Assembly (NCBI GenBank): GCA_010093995.1
Contig: ML992502.1
Location: 261,868 to 325,867 of the forward strand
DNA from: Elsinoe ampelina
Lineage: Eukaryota
Length of the DNA stretch: 64,000 nt
Direction: 5' to 3'
In this document: in pieces, positions 50,328 through 63,200 of the stretch
Position numbering within the stretch: the first letter of the stretch is position 1
Layout: every line of letters starts with the position of its first letter
Position numbers and translations under genes: made by a program
Notes under the pieces: generated by a model
The model's input: only the letters and a program-made list of their open reading frames with translations
Told to the model about the DNA's origin: nothing
Database searches by the model: none

Positions 50328-50984
50328 TTACACAATCATCTGCGCAACACCCTGTCCGCCCAACGTCTTGCTCGCCGCAAAGCCCTGTCCCTTGACACCT
50401 GCCAGCGCATAGAACGACGCCGCGATCAGTAGGAACACAGCCGCTGCCACAAGACTGCTAACGTCCACAATCAAGCTGAGCCATTGTACGACGCTCATGA
50501 GCAGGTAGATGGCAGCGCGCATGTAGTTTGTTTCGAAACGGCGGATGAATTGGTCAAATTTCGGCGAGGTAGGGCATATCCGGAGAAGGAGCGGAATCTC
50601 GATGAAGAGGAGGATAAAGGAGGAGACGCTGGGAGATGTCAGTGATACATACGTTGGTAGGAGCGGAGTACGACGGACAGGCAGATGATACTGAACACGA
50701 TCAGTACCGGTCGGAAGAGGTTGAAGCAGTTGGCAATGCCGAGCGCGAAACAGAGGACGATGCAGAGTACTCCGGTCCTGCGGGTTTGTCAGTATGTGGT
50801 CTGAGATTCTTCGCTATGCTGCTCAAGCTCTTTCAATCATGTCTTCTTGTCTCCGCGCGATGCGCCATAGGGAAGATCGTACCATTGACCGTAGATACCT
50901 ATGGGACTGTCAGCGCATGTTTCTAAACCGTGCATTGAGCTTCGTACTGAAGTTTCTTGATCTGAACTCATCCGCGATAGTCAT
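50328..50984 (-). CDS. TVP18: Golgi membrane protein Tvp18; introns 50947-50899, 50882-50778, 50678-50629
   Basis: Spliced MTIADEFRSRNFSIYGQWTG...FIEIPLLLRICPTS...NYMRAA...GQGVAQMIV. Confidence 0.92.
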
Positions 50985-51636
50985 GATGAAGGGTATAGCA
51001 AGGCTCCAAGCAGTGGGTTGATCTTGTGTGGTATTTTACTGTCTGGCAGAAGAGACGGCGGTCGTGTTCAAGGTCACTGTTTGAGGTCCGGAGCTTCGAA
51101 GCTTTGTTTGGGGTCCAGGGATCGGGTCAATTGCGATTACAGCTGGAAAACTTCGAAGTATTGGAGATTTATGTCTGGGTGCTAGAGGATGTGATGGATG
51201 GGTACGATGGTCAAATTCAAAAAGTGGTTCGAGTGTATGTAGAATGAAGATGCCTAGTTGACATGTATTCGTAAGTGTTGCGGCTCAAACTTGACTGCCC
51301 GTGGCTGAGCGTTTGAGCTTCTCGGCTCAGGGTCTAAATCGGGTGATGGAGCTTGACAGGAACAGGAACAAAATGCTCAGGGCAAGGCGCGCAGTCTGTC
51401 ATAATTCAATTCATATGATGGTTGATCTCCCAGCAGTTCCCTCCACAGCTACCCACCCTGTATCCCTCTGCAACTTGAATTTGCCGAGTCAGAGGATCGC
51501 GAACTGCTGCTAACACCAATGTCCGGTCCTCGACCCATTATCGAGCCGACTGCATCGAGGAAGCTGTCTCGGCAGCCCATATACATCAGGTTCAAACTCC
51601 ATGCTTTGCTGTTGTTGTGCCTCTACCCTTACATAA

Positions 51637-52274
51637 TTAGGCGGCAGAGTAAATGAGGCGGAAGATGTCGTTGAAGACATAATAGCTGCCTGAATCAGGC
51701 AAGAGCTGGAATGTCTGGGTGTAGCTCATTGGCCTCTGCTCCTCATCGACCTTGCCACATGTCAGTCTCCAATCCTCTCCTGATATCGAGTTCAAGCCTT
51801 ACCAGAAGCCTGCCGGAGACAAGCACCAGGATACCGCCGTTCTCGTTCGAGGGTTGTGCGTCGAGACTTGAAACTTCGTGCTGTACTTTGGAGAAGGGTA
51901 GACTCTGCCTTGTGTTACTGCTCTTGCCCTCTCGATCAGCTTCTTCAGCCTACCGAAAGCTTCTCGATGATAGATGCGCCGCCTTGCGTTGGAGCGTTCT
52001 CGAATGTGAGCATAGAGTGGTCGCGCTGTGTCTCGATCAGATTGAGGCTTTGTTTCCAGCTGACGAGGGCCGTACGTAGAGGGGCAGGAGTTGAGCGCGA
52101 TCCTGGTCGAAGGTCTTGTAGTAGAACTCGGTGAATTGTTCTGAGATCCCAATAAGTACTTGAACCAGTCTACGACTATTCACTGCTTACGAGCAATCGC
52201 TTGGAAGTCTGATGGTGCGGTTAGCGTTTGAGCTTCTACCTCTCTCGCCCTTTGGCATGATACTTACCACCCAT
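51637..52274 (-). CDS. NTF2: Nuclear transport factor 2 (six short exons, absent from the ORF track)
   Basis: Spliced [36 protein letters not shown]...IIEKLSSLPF...DAQPS...[16 protein letters not shown]...[10 protein letters not shown]. Confidence 0.93.
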
Positions 52275-52791
52275 CTTGAGCTAAGGGTGACCGAAGTCTG
52301 TGTTTGATACTATGAAGTAGCTGATTGCGATTGAGCTCATGCGCGACTGCGTGGATGTCGTTGCTCTCGGCTTGTGCGGTGTGCGATAGAAATGAGAGGC
52401 GCGGGGCAGAAGAAGGACAACCTTCACAGAAGATCGTCAAAGCGCCCGCCGCCAAGACCGATGCCCAAAAATCCGGTCCTTCTATTGAAATTCTTGCTTC
52501 TTCACAAATAACACTCCCGAGTTGAAGGACATGATGGCAAGAACAAAATCGGTAAGTCATCAACGCTGTTCACTTATCCACATACTCGTATGATGATCTT
52601 TCTTCAAACGATAACTTCCGATTAACCATGACGTTTAAAAATATTCAAGCTCAACAGTCTGACTACTTCCACTATCACCAAACTCATCACGCAATCACCA
52701 GTATTAGATCGAGGCTAATTGTGTCTCAGGTGTATTCGTACTTGCTGTGTATTCTACTGGCTATATTCGGATCAAGCTACACACTCCGTGT

Positions 52792-53867
52792 CTATTCCTG
52801 GACGTCCTTGAGAGACTTCACGGTGTCCACCACTGATTCCTCCAGAGAGCGGAATTTGATGCCGAATGTATCGATTGTACGACTGTTATCGATCTTGAAT
52901 ACACCGCCTTCGGGGTAGTCACCACCCGGCGTCTTCTCGGTAGGTAGCTTATCGGCATACTCTGGAAAGTTCTTCCTCGCGAAAAGTGCAATTTCCTTGT
53001 TGGACATGTACCCAGCCGTGACGAAGAAACGCTTGTTTGCAGCTGCGTCAACCTCAATGGCTTTGACGTGGCACAAAGCGACATCACGGACATCGACCCA
53101 GACATAGACTCCCGTGTCAGGAATCTCGTCCTTGAATTTTCCAAGCACAGCGTCGCGGATTCTCTGGTTGGATGTGTTGAGCGCACTCAACGAGTTCAGG
53201 TAGTGGACAATCGGACCGAGGACGAGTGGTGGGTTTATGGTGGAAAGAGTCCAATTTGGCTTCTCCTTCTCCAGGAATTCCCAAGCTGCCTTTTCTGCAT
53301 ATGTCTTGCTGGCTCTGTATCCATTGTTCGGATTCTCCAGTGCTTGTGCGTGTGTGATAGGATTCCAGTCCTTCTCAGAGTAGGTATGGTCAGGGCGTGC
53401 ACCTTTGAAGCCGTCTACGATGGCGGCGAACGAAGATGTGATTACGACCTTCTTGACCGAAGGGGCGCCCTTCTTGATGGATTTGAGCACACCAGTGGTG
53501 CCGATGACAGCAGGGTCAAGCAATTGCTTCTGCACATCTGTTACGTTGAAATGGAATGGCGATGCTGTGTGGATGACTGCCTCAAATGGTGGATCTGACT
53601 TGACCGCCTCGTCGAAGGCGTTCTCTACCGCAATGTCCTCGACGATAGAAAAATCGAGCTTGTCTTTGCCGACATTTGGGTGCGCTTGCTTGATCTTGTC
53701 GGCCTTTTCTTGCGATCGTACAGTAGTGACAACGGAATGGCCGTGCTGGATGCGTCAATTGTTGTATCTGTCGGAAATTGATAACATGATAGTCATACCT
53801 CGAGGAGGATGTCAAGCACATGGGCAGCGATGAAGCCGCTGCCACCTGTGAGAAGTACTCTGGTCAT
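52792..53867 (-). CDS. NAD(P)-dependent extended SDR, GRE2/methylglyoxal reductase-like; intron 53798-53746
   Basis: VLLTGGSGFIA, HTASPF, ITSSFAA, YRASK, VDVRDVA. Confidence 0.92.
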
Positions 53868-54291
53868 GATCTCGTGAATGTTGTGGTGAAGACTTGTGCA
53901 GTTGGTTCGCGGGAAAGTTCTGAGATTGTGCTGAGAGGACGATTGATCAATTGAGGGGTTATCGCCGCCTCTTATGTGGGAACGGAGTCGTCGACGGTAG
54001 ATCTGCACTCAACCTCGCCATGGCGTCATATTTCGAATTCTTGGAGCTTCATTTTTAGCGAAGCTTTGCCCCCAGCTCCGGTTAAACTCCACTGCGCAAT
54101 TGTCATCTTGCCATTGTTCAACACTCATCTCGTCGGGAGATGGTCCACAACCCCCAATATCCCGCGTAGAATAGGCACCTCCCCTGCGAAATCGGAACAA
54201 GGCTTTCAATAGTAAGCACGTACATCTCTTCGCCACTCAGCACGCTCGGAGATACACAGCGGACTTTATAGCTATACCCGCGGACGACGAC

Positions 54292-55261
54292 ATGGTTTCA
54301 AGTCATCCTCGAGAAGATGACAAATATCATCGCGAGCGTCAAGGGCCAACAGAGAGGTCCGAGAAGCACTCGCACAAGCGAAGAAAGACGGAGGAGTACG
54401 CCGAACAGTTGCCATACAATGCCCGACACCTCACAAAGCATGATCTGACAAAGTATCGGGCTCTCTTTGGGCTGTACCTCGACACGCAAAAGCAATTGAG
54501 CATCGACAAGCTTGATGAACATGAAATCAAAGGACGATGGAAGAGCTTCACAGGCAAGTGGTAAGTCACTCGTAGTTACAAGATGACTGGAAGCCGCTGA
54601 GACAAGCAGGAATAGAGGCGAACTCAGTGAAGGGTACTATGATCCTGCGATGAAAGTGCGAGCGGATGCAAGAGCATCTGACAGGCAAGGATCTAGGGTC
54701 ATTGAAGACACCGCACCCAGTAGGGCCGAATGCGAAGAAGCAAAGGACGAAGACGATGAGGACGACTACGGTCCAGCCCGACCAAAGGGAGGAGACAGAG
54801 GCGCTGCTCAGCCTACACGCCAGGATCTACAGTATCGTGACGAGCTCAAAGCAGAAGCTAGAGAGTCCGAGCGAGAAGCGCTTCGACATGAGCGCAAAGT
54901 GGAACGCAAACAGCAGCGTGAGCGGTTGGATGATATCGTACCTCGGGCGGAGCCAGGGACTAGGGAAAGACAGCTGGAGAAGAAACGCGAAATGTCTGAA
55001 GCTAATCGTTCGTTCCGTGACGGGAGGGAGGCGGGGGCCGAGGAAGTGGGAGATGGCGACTTGATGGGTGAAGACGGAGTGGAAGGGCTCAAGGCTCGCA
55101 TTCGGGAGCAGGAACGCAAGAAGAGCGAACGTGAGTTGCGCAAAGAAGAAGTGCTGCAAGCACGTGCCGCTGAAAGGGAGGAGAGACTGACGGCGCATCG
55201 AGCGAAGGAGGACAAGACCATGGAAATGCTCAAGGAGATTGCAAAGCAGCGCTTTGGATGA
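54292..55261 (+). CDS. Conserved charged nuclear hypothetical protein; intron 54561-54609
   Basis: RWKSFTGKW|NRGELSEGYYDP; VPRAEPGTRERQLEKKRE; KEDKTMEMLK. Confidence 0.82.
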
Positions 55262-56395
55262 AAGGCATGACTCTTGCACAAACTAACCTGGGGTCTTGAC
55301 TTACCGACTTTGTGTCCCCTGCATACTGGCAGCGGGCGGTTAGTGAAGCGGTACTGGCAATGCCGGCGCGTACATCTGATGCCAGCGCGTAGGTGTCAAG
55401 TGTCGAGCGTGGGTGAAGCCGGAATTGCAACAAGCTGCGCCGCAGAAGTCCATGCGAGGCATCTCACGAGTTACAGGAAGGAACACAGCTTATTATACCT
55501 CTAGCGACGAAATAAAGATACTGACGAGGTCTTCGTCAGATCTGCGAATGAAACTTAGCCGTCAACACAACAGACGAGTAGAAAGAATGAACGCGACTCT
55601 GCGAAGAAAACACGGAGAAACTCCTCGTCGACCCGGCCAGCCAATCGGAGGGCGTCGTTGTGCTCGGACCTGGATATCATGAAATGCAAAGCTTGGCCAG
55701 TCCGAGGGCGGCTATGCTACTTCTCTTCCTTCACTGACCTCATGCAGACTCTATTTTCGCGCCCAGAATGGCCTTCCACATTCCCGGAGAGCTGGTCCAC
55801 CATGCTGAGCGGCTGTTCAAACAAGAATGTCAAACACCATGTGCAACCTGCTACACAAGCCTACCGCATTCCAACATCCGACGGCCAGACTGCACTATTC
55901 AGACCTATCAATATCACGTCCAAAATGGCAGCAGTCAGCTGCGCCGTGATCGACTGCTCTTCTTTTAGCAGACTGGGCTTGAACAGTATTCCCCACGCTC
56001 CACACAATTGTTTCATCCTCGGTCTCGCTTTCTGGTCAATCTTCGGGTTCCATTCCAAGCGAAACCTTGACGGGGCATACCCCTTGCGAACACATCGGCA
56101 CGGTAGAGGGCGTTGAGAGATATGCTTTGACAGATGCTTAGTGGCGTAGTATAAGTATATCCCCTGTACCGCCTCCTCTACTTGACGTTTCATGACTTCA
56201 GCTTGTTCACCAGTGCCACCTCCTTCTCTTCCATTTTCTGCTTTCTTTGCTATCCTTACTACCTAATACCTAATTGACTTTGGAGCTGGTCTCTATACAC
56301 TTGCGTCAATTCATACACTTATCTTCGGTTCCCTCTGCCAGTACCATTCTTGTAATATAGCTAATCACTTCTTCGACAAATCACATAGGCTAGTC

Positions 56396-58111
56396 ATGTA
56401 CACTTACCTCAACAATACACCAGCATCTCCTCGTAATCGTCAGAGCTACAGTCGAGGTGGATCACCCAATACATCATACGCCGCTGGCATACACCCTGCT
56501 CAAGTCACCGCCAATCCGGCTTACATGCAGACACCATACCACGGCCAACCGGTCTCTGTTCCACAGCACCAGATCCAGCCTGACTTCACCATTCATGATT
56601 TTACACCTAGAAATGCAATTCCGAGGGTCAGTCCCTCGCATACGACGCCACCTTTGCTGGGACAACCAGGATGGGATCCGAATGCTCAATATTACTACAT
56701 CTCCCCTGCATCTTCCGGGTGCCGAGATAGCCCTCAAGACCCATCAGTTCTGGACCCAACACTGTCAGTCTCACACTCGAAGCATGCCAGGAACATGAGC
56801 CTTCCAGCGATGCCAACAGGCGGTGCTCATTCTCAACTTCCGCAGTCTCTTCACCCAGCAACTGCACTGACGGCGGAGGACATCGCTCGCTACAGCTACC
56901 CAACAAACAGGAGCTTCCCGACAGGACTTGGCGGTCAACCACTTTCTGCTGCTGTAGCAGCGAGTGCACATCTGATGCCGTTACCGGAGTCGCATCAGCC
57001 GCTTCCAATGCCATATCAATCCGTCAATTTCGCTCCTCGTGCACGATCACGCGAGGCCAGTCCCAGCTATCTGCTCGGGAATAATTCCGAGTTTCCCACG
57101 CCAGAATCGGTTCAATCTGCTTCCTTTGCTCCGACTCTGCTCAACTACCTGTCGATGCCAGGACCGATGATCGATCCTCGACTTGTGGCAGGCGAGATCA
57201 CAAAGAATCTCAAGCAAATGCATTCTTGGTTCGACGTGCGCAACATCCGACACTGGGATGACTTTAATCTTTCTAGCATTCTCGGTAATTCACAGATTAA
57301 GCAAGTACTCAGCATTGCCAGTACGTTACCAACCCCCGTTGCGCCCAGTGCTCATGGCACATCAAACAAGGACCTCTTGATAGCCACAGCCTCGAACTTG
57401 TGTGTCCGAGTGAACAAAGCATTACTACTGGCCCAAGGCCACCCGCACCTGGCCATTCGCTTGCTTGACGACGGCGGTCACTCCCACTTTCAAGCGGACT
57501 TTGTCTCAAGCTACCAAGATGACAATGACTATACCATATTTGGCGACGGACGGGGACGAGTCGTTGGCATCCTCAAACCCAGCAACCTCTGGCAATCACG
57601 CTGGAAGCGAGGCTCCGTCTACGAGCAGAAGAAATACCTTGCCGGCATGTCGGATCTCCACCAAGCCATGCGCGACCACAGCTGCCGCTACGGCTTCATG
57701 GTCACCGAGTCAGAGCTCATCTGCGCCCGCTATCGAACCCGATCATCAAACTCCAAAACGCCATACTTTGGCTCTCTCGAGCTGTCAGAGTCCATTCCAA
57801 TGTCTGTCAGCCCACATCAATCGACACAGCAAGGGCCACAGCTCACGGCCGCACTTGCACTGTTCTATCTGCACATGTTGGCAAAGAAGGGTGGTTTGGA
57901 CGGCCATCTGCATTGGAAGTTGGAAGTGGGCAGGCCGGAGGATTGTACCCGTCATACTTATGAGAAGCGTGATTCGTGGATGCCGGAGATCTTGAAGGAG
58001 GACGAGAGGAAGATGAAGAATGTGAGGGGATGGACGTATCCGAAAGATAAGCTGAACAAGAAAGAGAGGGAGCTTGGGAGGTCAGCGAAGACGAATAGGC
58101 GACGACGTTGA
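56396..58111 (+). CDS. Conserved fungal hypothetical protein: disordered N-terminus, globular C-terminal domain
   Basis: 571-codon ORF; WFDVRNIRHWDDF, ADFVS...GDGRGRVVG, MRDHSCRYGF, ALFYLHML. Confidence 0.8.
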   Translation: MYTYLNNTPASPRNRQSYSRGGSPNTSYAAGIHPAQVTANPAYMQTPYHGQPVSVPQHQIQPDFTIHDFTPRNAIPRVSPSHTTPPLLGQPGWDPNAQYYYISPASSGCRDSPQDPSVLDPTLSVSHSKHARNMSLPAMPTGGAHSQLPQSLHPATALTAEDIARYSYPTNRSFPTGLGGQPLSAAVAASAHLMPLPESHQPLPMPYQSVNFAPRARSREASPSYLLGNNSEFPTPESVQSASFAPTLLNYLSMPGPMIDPRLVAGEITKNLKQMHSWFDVRNIRHWDDFNLSSILGNSQIKQVLSIASTLPTPVAPSAHGTSNKDLLIATASNLCVRVNKALLLAQGHPHLAIRLLDDGGHSHFQADFVSSYQDDNDYTIFGDGRGRVVGILKPSNLWQSRWKRGSVYEQKKYLAGMSDLHQAMRDHSCRYGFMVTESELICARYRTRSSNSKTPYFGSLELSESIPMSVSPHQSTQQGPQLTAALALFYLHMLAKKGGLDGHLHWKLEVGRPEDCTRHTYEKRDSWMPEILKEDERKMKNVRGWTYPKDKLNKKERELGRSAKTNRRRR

Positions 58112-58443
58112 GGGGGAAACGATATGGTTATAGATGTTGCAGACGATTTGTAGAGATGTAGAGGAATAGCATGTACAATAGTCGTTGTCGTTTACAATAT
58201 TACATCTGACCATTTCTATACAGCGGTCGTGACTTTCTCCCTGCGGCTCCTTCCACCGTCCGCCACAGCTCACCCACCTTTGTCGCTGCGAGGTATGAAA
58301 ACAAAGACTAGACCACCGTGCCTGAAAATTGTCACCTTCCTACTTATTACCGTAATTCCATCAGTCTGATTCAGGGTCATAGAGTCTGAGGCCGACAGCA
58401 TTCCCGACAGCGCCCTCTCAATGCGCAGCAGAGTTTCATAACA

Positions 58444-59740
58444 ATGCATCGCCCGCAGCGGGATCCAGACACATCTCAGATTTCCCATCAGATGAACGTC
58501 GCAGCCAGCCGGCCAGCTACGAAAAGGCTCACCTCAGGCGGATGGGGTCGTCTGCGAGCGCCTCAGATTGATCCACTGGAGGCGTATGGGTTGCCATCCA
58601 AGGGTGAGACGAGGTATGTCATTGTCTCTTCCAGTAATGCCCCAACCATTTCCATTGGCTATCATTGCCCCTCAGATGGTGTATTTTGATGCTATCAGAC
58701 ATCCATATACGCACGTGTGTGACACAATCACCACATGACAAGTGCGGGGCTAACGTATCAGACTCAATGACCACAAGGCACAAGAAGCATACTATCGCAA
58801 GATAGTGGACCGATACATGAGATTCTGCGCTGCTTCAGGATCAGGAGATGCCCTCGAGACAGCATTTCGATCCCTATCTGTATCCGAACCTCTCGACCTC
58901 CGTTCCCAATCACGATCAGCATCACAAGCATCTTCCCGGACATCGACTCCCACACCACAAGTCGACGCCCAACAACCTCCCCATCCAAAACCAAAGCCCC
59001 TCTCCGACTCTAAATACACTGAAGTCCCACCCGCGCCCATCCCTCGGCCCACCTCTCTCCCCACCCCACCCACCACCCTCTCCCACCCCCAACAAACCGA
59101 GCTCTCCCTCCTCCTCTCCTCCATGCGCAAACTCCGCGAATCCCTCACCGCCACCGCCCGCACCGACCCCTTCGCCCAACGCGTCTACATCTTCATCCTC
59201 CGCGCCACCCTCCTCATGCAACAATGGGAGTCCTACCTGCCCTGCCTGACCCACCTGCTGCACCGGATCCACCCCGTCACTCCTCTAGGCGCCAGCGAAC
59301 TCCGGGAAGTAGTCAGCTGGTGGATCTTGGACCTCGCGTGCCGCCAGGGTAAGCTGAGGGAAGCGCAGGAGTTGAGGGAGGAGTGGATGGGGCTGGCCAA
59401 GGGGAAGGGGAGAGGCAAGGGGGTGCAGAGGGATAGGGATGTCGATGCTATTCTCAGGGCGTTGGTGAGGGATGATTGGATTACTTGGAGAAGGGTCAAG
59501 GGGAGGGTGGATGGGTATGTGCGGGCGTTGATGGAGATGGGGGAGGAGGCGGTGAGGGTGAATGTGCTCAAGGTGGTGGGGAGGGCGTATTTGAGGATTG
59601 AAAGGGAAGTGCTGGAGAGGTGGACGGGGAAGGAGTGGGAGGGTTTGGTGGGGGAGGGGGTGGGGTGGGAGTTGGAAGGGGAGGGGCAGGGGGACGGGGA
59701 ATGGGTTGTGGTGAGGAGGATCAAGGGGAAGAGTACTTGA
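58444..59740 (+). CDS. PCI-domain (CSN8/PSMD8/eIF3K-type) protein; intron 58614-58761; start may be 58491
   Basis: DPLEAYGLPSKGETR|LND..AQEAYY..IV.RY; MRKLRESL; KVVGRAYL...GVGWELEG. Confidence 0.78.
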
Positions 59741-60254
59741 CATGGCCGGATGATGGGCCAAGTCGAGATACCAGAGCCTGCTCCTCTAATAATCTCTGGT
59801 TCTAGTAATCTCTGGACTAGCGTGGTTCGCGAACTCACACTGACAATGAAAGAACCAGGATTGAAAAAGGCGGCCCCCAAGATCTACACTGCGATAATCT
59901 GCAAAAGAGGCACAGTGCCTGCTCCGAACCTCCCCAGAAACCCATGCTGATTGGGTTAAAATTAGGCAGAAGCTAGACCGAACTTGTGATGCTGAACTCC
60001 TACACCAGAAAGTGGCGTCAGCTGAACCTCGCCATCGATCTGGGCCTTCTCCTCTTACGACTTCCAATTGGCTGTTCAACCCCTCTTCGCGCCTTAAGAA
60101 GTGGCCACAGGAGCTGCGTCATAGATTGCACAGCTCCCAAGTCGGACGTGTGAATTTTGCCAAAACCGCCTAAGTTAATCATAATCAGTATGTTCCTTTT
60201 GGCTTTCGTGCCTCTTCATTAGAGATCATACCTTGTAAACCCTCTGCAACTCTG

Positions 60255-63200
60255 ATGAAACGGAAACGGTCAGATGAGGGAGAGACGCCGCCACCGGATC
60301 GCTTCGCTTACACAATTGGGTGGATATGCGCCCTGTCGACGGAGCAGACCGCAGCCCGCCAGTTTCTCGACGAGCGCTTCGACCAGCTCGACGGCCAAGA
60401 CCCTTCTGACAACAACACATACACCCTGGGACGGATAGGCAAGCACAACGTGGTCATAGCGACATGTCCGACCATTGGCACTACCCCGGCAGCGACAGTC
60501 GCTCGAGATATGGTCCATACCTTTCCGAAAGTTCGCATTGGTCTGCTTGTTGGCATCGGAGGCGGCTTACCGTCCAAAAAGAATGACATCCGTCTCGGAG
60601 ATGTGGTCGTCAGTATGAGCGATGGACCTCATCCAGCCGTCATACAATATGACATGGGAAAACAAATGCAGGACGGCTCTTTCCAGCAAACTGGCCAGTT
60701 GTCAGGTCCTCCTCCGTTGCTGCTTACGGCCATCAACGCCTTGCGCAGTGAGCACGAAGTCGACGGGAACCCTCTGCATGAAATGGTCGGAAAAGCTCTC
60801 GAGTCGATCAAGAAGAGTCGTGCAAGGGCCAAGTATCAACGACCGGAAGAAGAAAGTGATGTTCTCTTCAAATCAGAGTTCCGTCATGACGCTCAGACAA
60901 TCGATGGCACTGATGGCACTTGTATGACAGTATGTGCCCAGAGCCACGGCGAGATCCAGCAGCGAACTCCGAGACTTGAAGACGATGACGTGTCGATGGT
61001 CCATTACGGTCCTATCGCCTCGGCTAACAGGGTGCTAAAGGACGGCCTGGAGAGGGACAAGTTAGCCAGGCAGGCCGGTGCGTTGTGCTGTGAGATGGAA
61101 GCAGCAGGTGTGATGAACCATTGGCCATGTGTAGTCATTCGAGGTATTTGCGACTATGCTGACTCACATAAGAGCAAGGAATGGCAGGGTTATGCAGCGA
61201 TGGTCGCAGCAGCGTATGCGAAGACTTTGCTACTACGCATTGCACCCGATCGGGTCGAGCAATCGGAAACGATGAATTCTATCATGAGATCTTGTATGTC
61301 GAAGTCAGCCATGACAGCTCAATCTGGTGACTAATCTAAGCAAAGTGGAGGCACAATCACAGTCAATCACGCATATCAACCAAAAGCTCGATGCGGCCAG
61401 CGAGGACAGACTTCAGAGCAAGTGGCGTAGCTGGCTCTCACCAGTCGACCCATCGACCAACTTCAGCAAAGCTTGCAGTCTACGACACGGAAGCTCAGGC
61501 AATTGGCTCATCCATGGAGAAGCATTCACCCGTTGGCGGGCCCAGCCAGGTTCTTTCCTGTGGCTGTACGGTATGGCCGGGTGTGGTAAGACGGTACTGA
61601 GTTCGACGATTCTATCTCACTTGAGCAACAACGGAGACGACTGGAACAAAATCTTATACTTCTACTTCGATTTCGCCGACGTCGGCAAGCAAACGCTCAG
61701 TGCCACAGTTCGGACACTTCTCTACCAGCTGAGTAGGCACAACGAGAATCATGCAAACGCAATTTCAGATCTGTGGCAAAAACATGATTATGGTCATCGG
61801 CAGCCCAGCCTCGAGCAGCTCTGCCAGCTCCTGCAAGCATGCATTGCTAGTGAGAAGGAACTCTGGATCGTCATAGATGCGGTCGATGAGTGTACGAGAG
61901 ACGGATCCGCTGACCGGGAAGTTCTCTCGTGGCTGGAAAAGGTACATCACGGTAGTCGGAATGTACATCTACTGATGACAAGTCGTCCCGAAAGCGATAT
62001 CGAGACTAGCGTCAAGACATGGGCCCAACCGGAGAGCGTGCTACCTATACAGAGCGATTCAGTGGCTAAAGACATAGACGCGTATATTCACTCTACAATC
62101 GCGACGCGACCTGATCTACATCGATGGCATAAACGGCCAGATGCCCAGCAACTCATCAGACAAAAGCTCTCTGAGAAAGCGGGTGGCATGTATGTAGCCT
62201 TGTCTCCATGTTATGATCGAAGACCAGCTGACTGTGTAGGTTTCGGTGGGTGGCCTGCCAGATAGAGACGATCGTAGATTGTATCAGCTATCAGCAGCTC
62301 GAATGGGCGCTAAGCCATCTACCAAAGGGCCTGTATGAGACCTACGACAGGATGGTGAGCAGGATCAAGGAGTCAGACAGAGAGGTCGCATTTCGAATAC
62401 TGCGATTCTTGATCTACTCGGAGAGACCTATGTCCCTCGAAGAAGCTGCCGATCTCCTGCTGGTGGACACAGAGCAGTCAGTGTTACGAGACAAGAACCG
62501 GTATCGTCTACCGAAAACGGAAGAAATCATCCAATTTTGTCCCGGACTGGTTGCCATTGTGCCATCGACGACCGAGGCATCCTCGGCGGTTGAGGCATCC
62601 TCGAGCAAGACAGGTCGACTACTGCAGCTGGCCCACTTCTCTGTACAAGAGTATTTCAGGTCGAACCGGATCGATGCTGTAATAAGCGCCGCGTTTGAGA
62701 GCCAAGAATCACTTCGGTGCCTTACACTGGTGTCCCTGATTTGTCTTCTGAACTACGATACATCCCTCGACAGATACGATGCATTCTCCGACACACCAGA
62801 GGTGGATACTGCATTTCCGCTTGCTCGGTACTGCGCGCGATACTGGACCGTATACGGACGAGGACTACTAAATGTGGACAAAGAGGTACAATCTCTAGCT
62901 GATTTACTGTTCGAGCCGGAAGTCATGTACGAGAGATGGCTCAAATTGTATGATCCAGATCGACCATGGGCAGAAACGCCTGAGAGCGGGAACAGGAAAG
63001 ATGCACTATATTGTGCAGCTGCAACAGGTCTTCTTTGGAAGTCTAAACTGCTGATCGAGAAGGGCGCCAACGTCAACGCTGAGGGTGGCTATCACGGCAA
63101 TGCTCTTCAAGCTGCTGCATTTCGTGGACACGAAGCTGTGATTAAGCTGCTCATCGAGAAGGGTGCAAAAGTCAGCGCTCAGGGTGGCAACTACGGCAGT

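Noticed and set aside
58614..58761. Possible H/ACA RNA in the 148-nt PCI-gene intron
   Set aside because: Only a weak hairpin followed by ACA; no convincing H box or two-hairpin architecture
62574..62603. Short duplication gaggcatcctcg x2 in the NLR
   Set aside because: Small in-frame slippage in a variable loop with no evident significance
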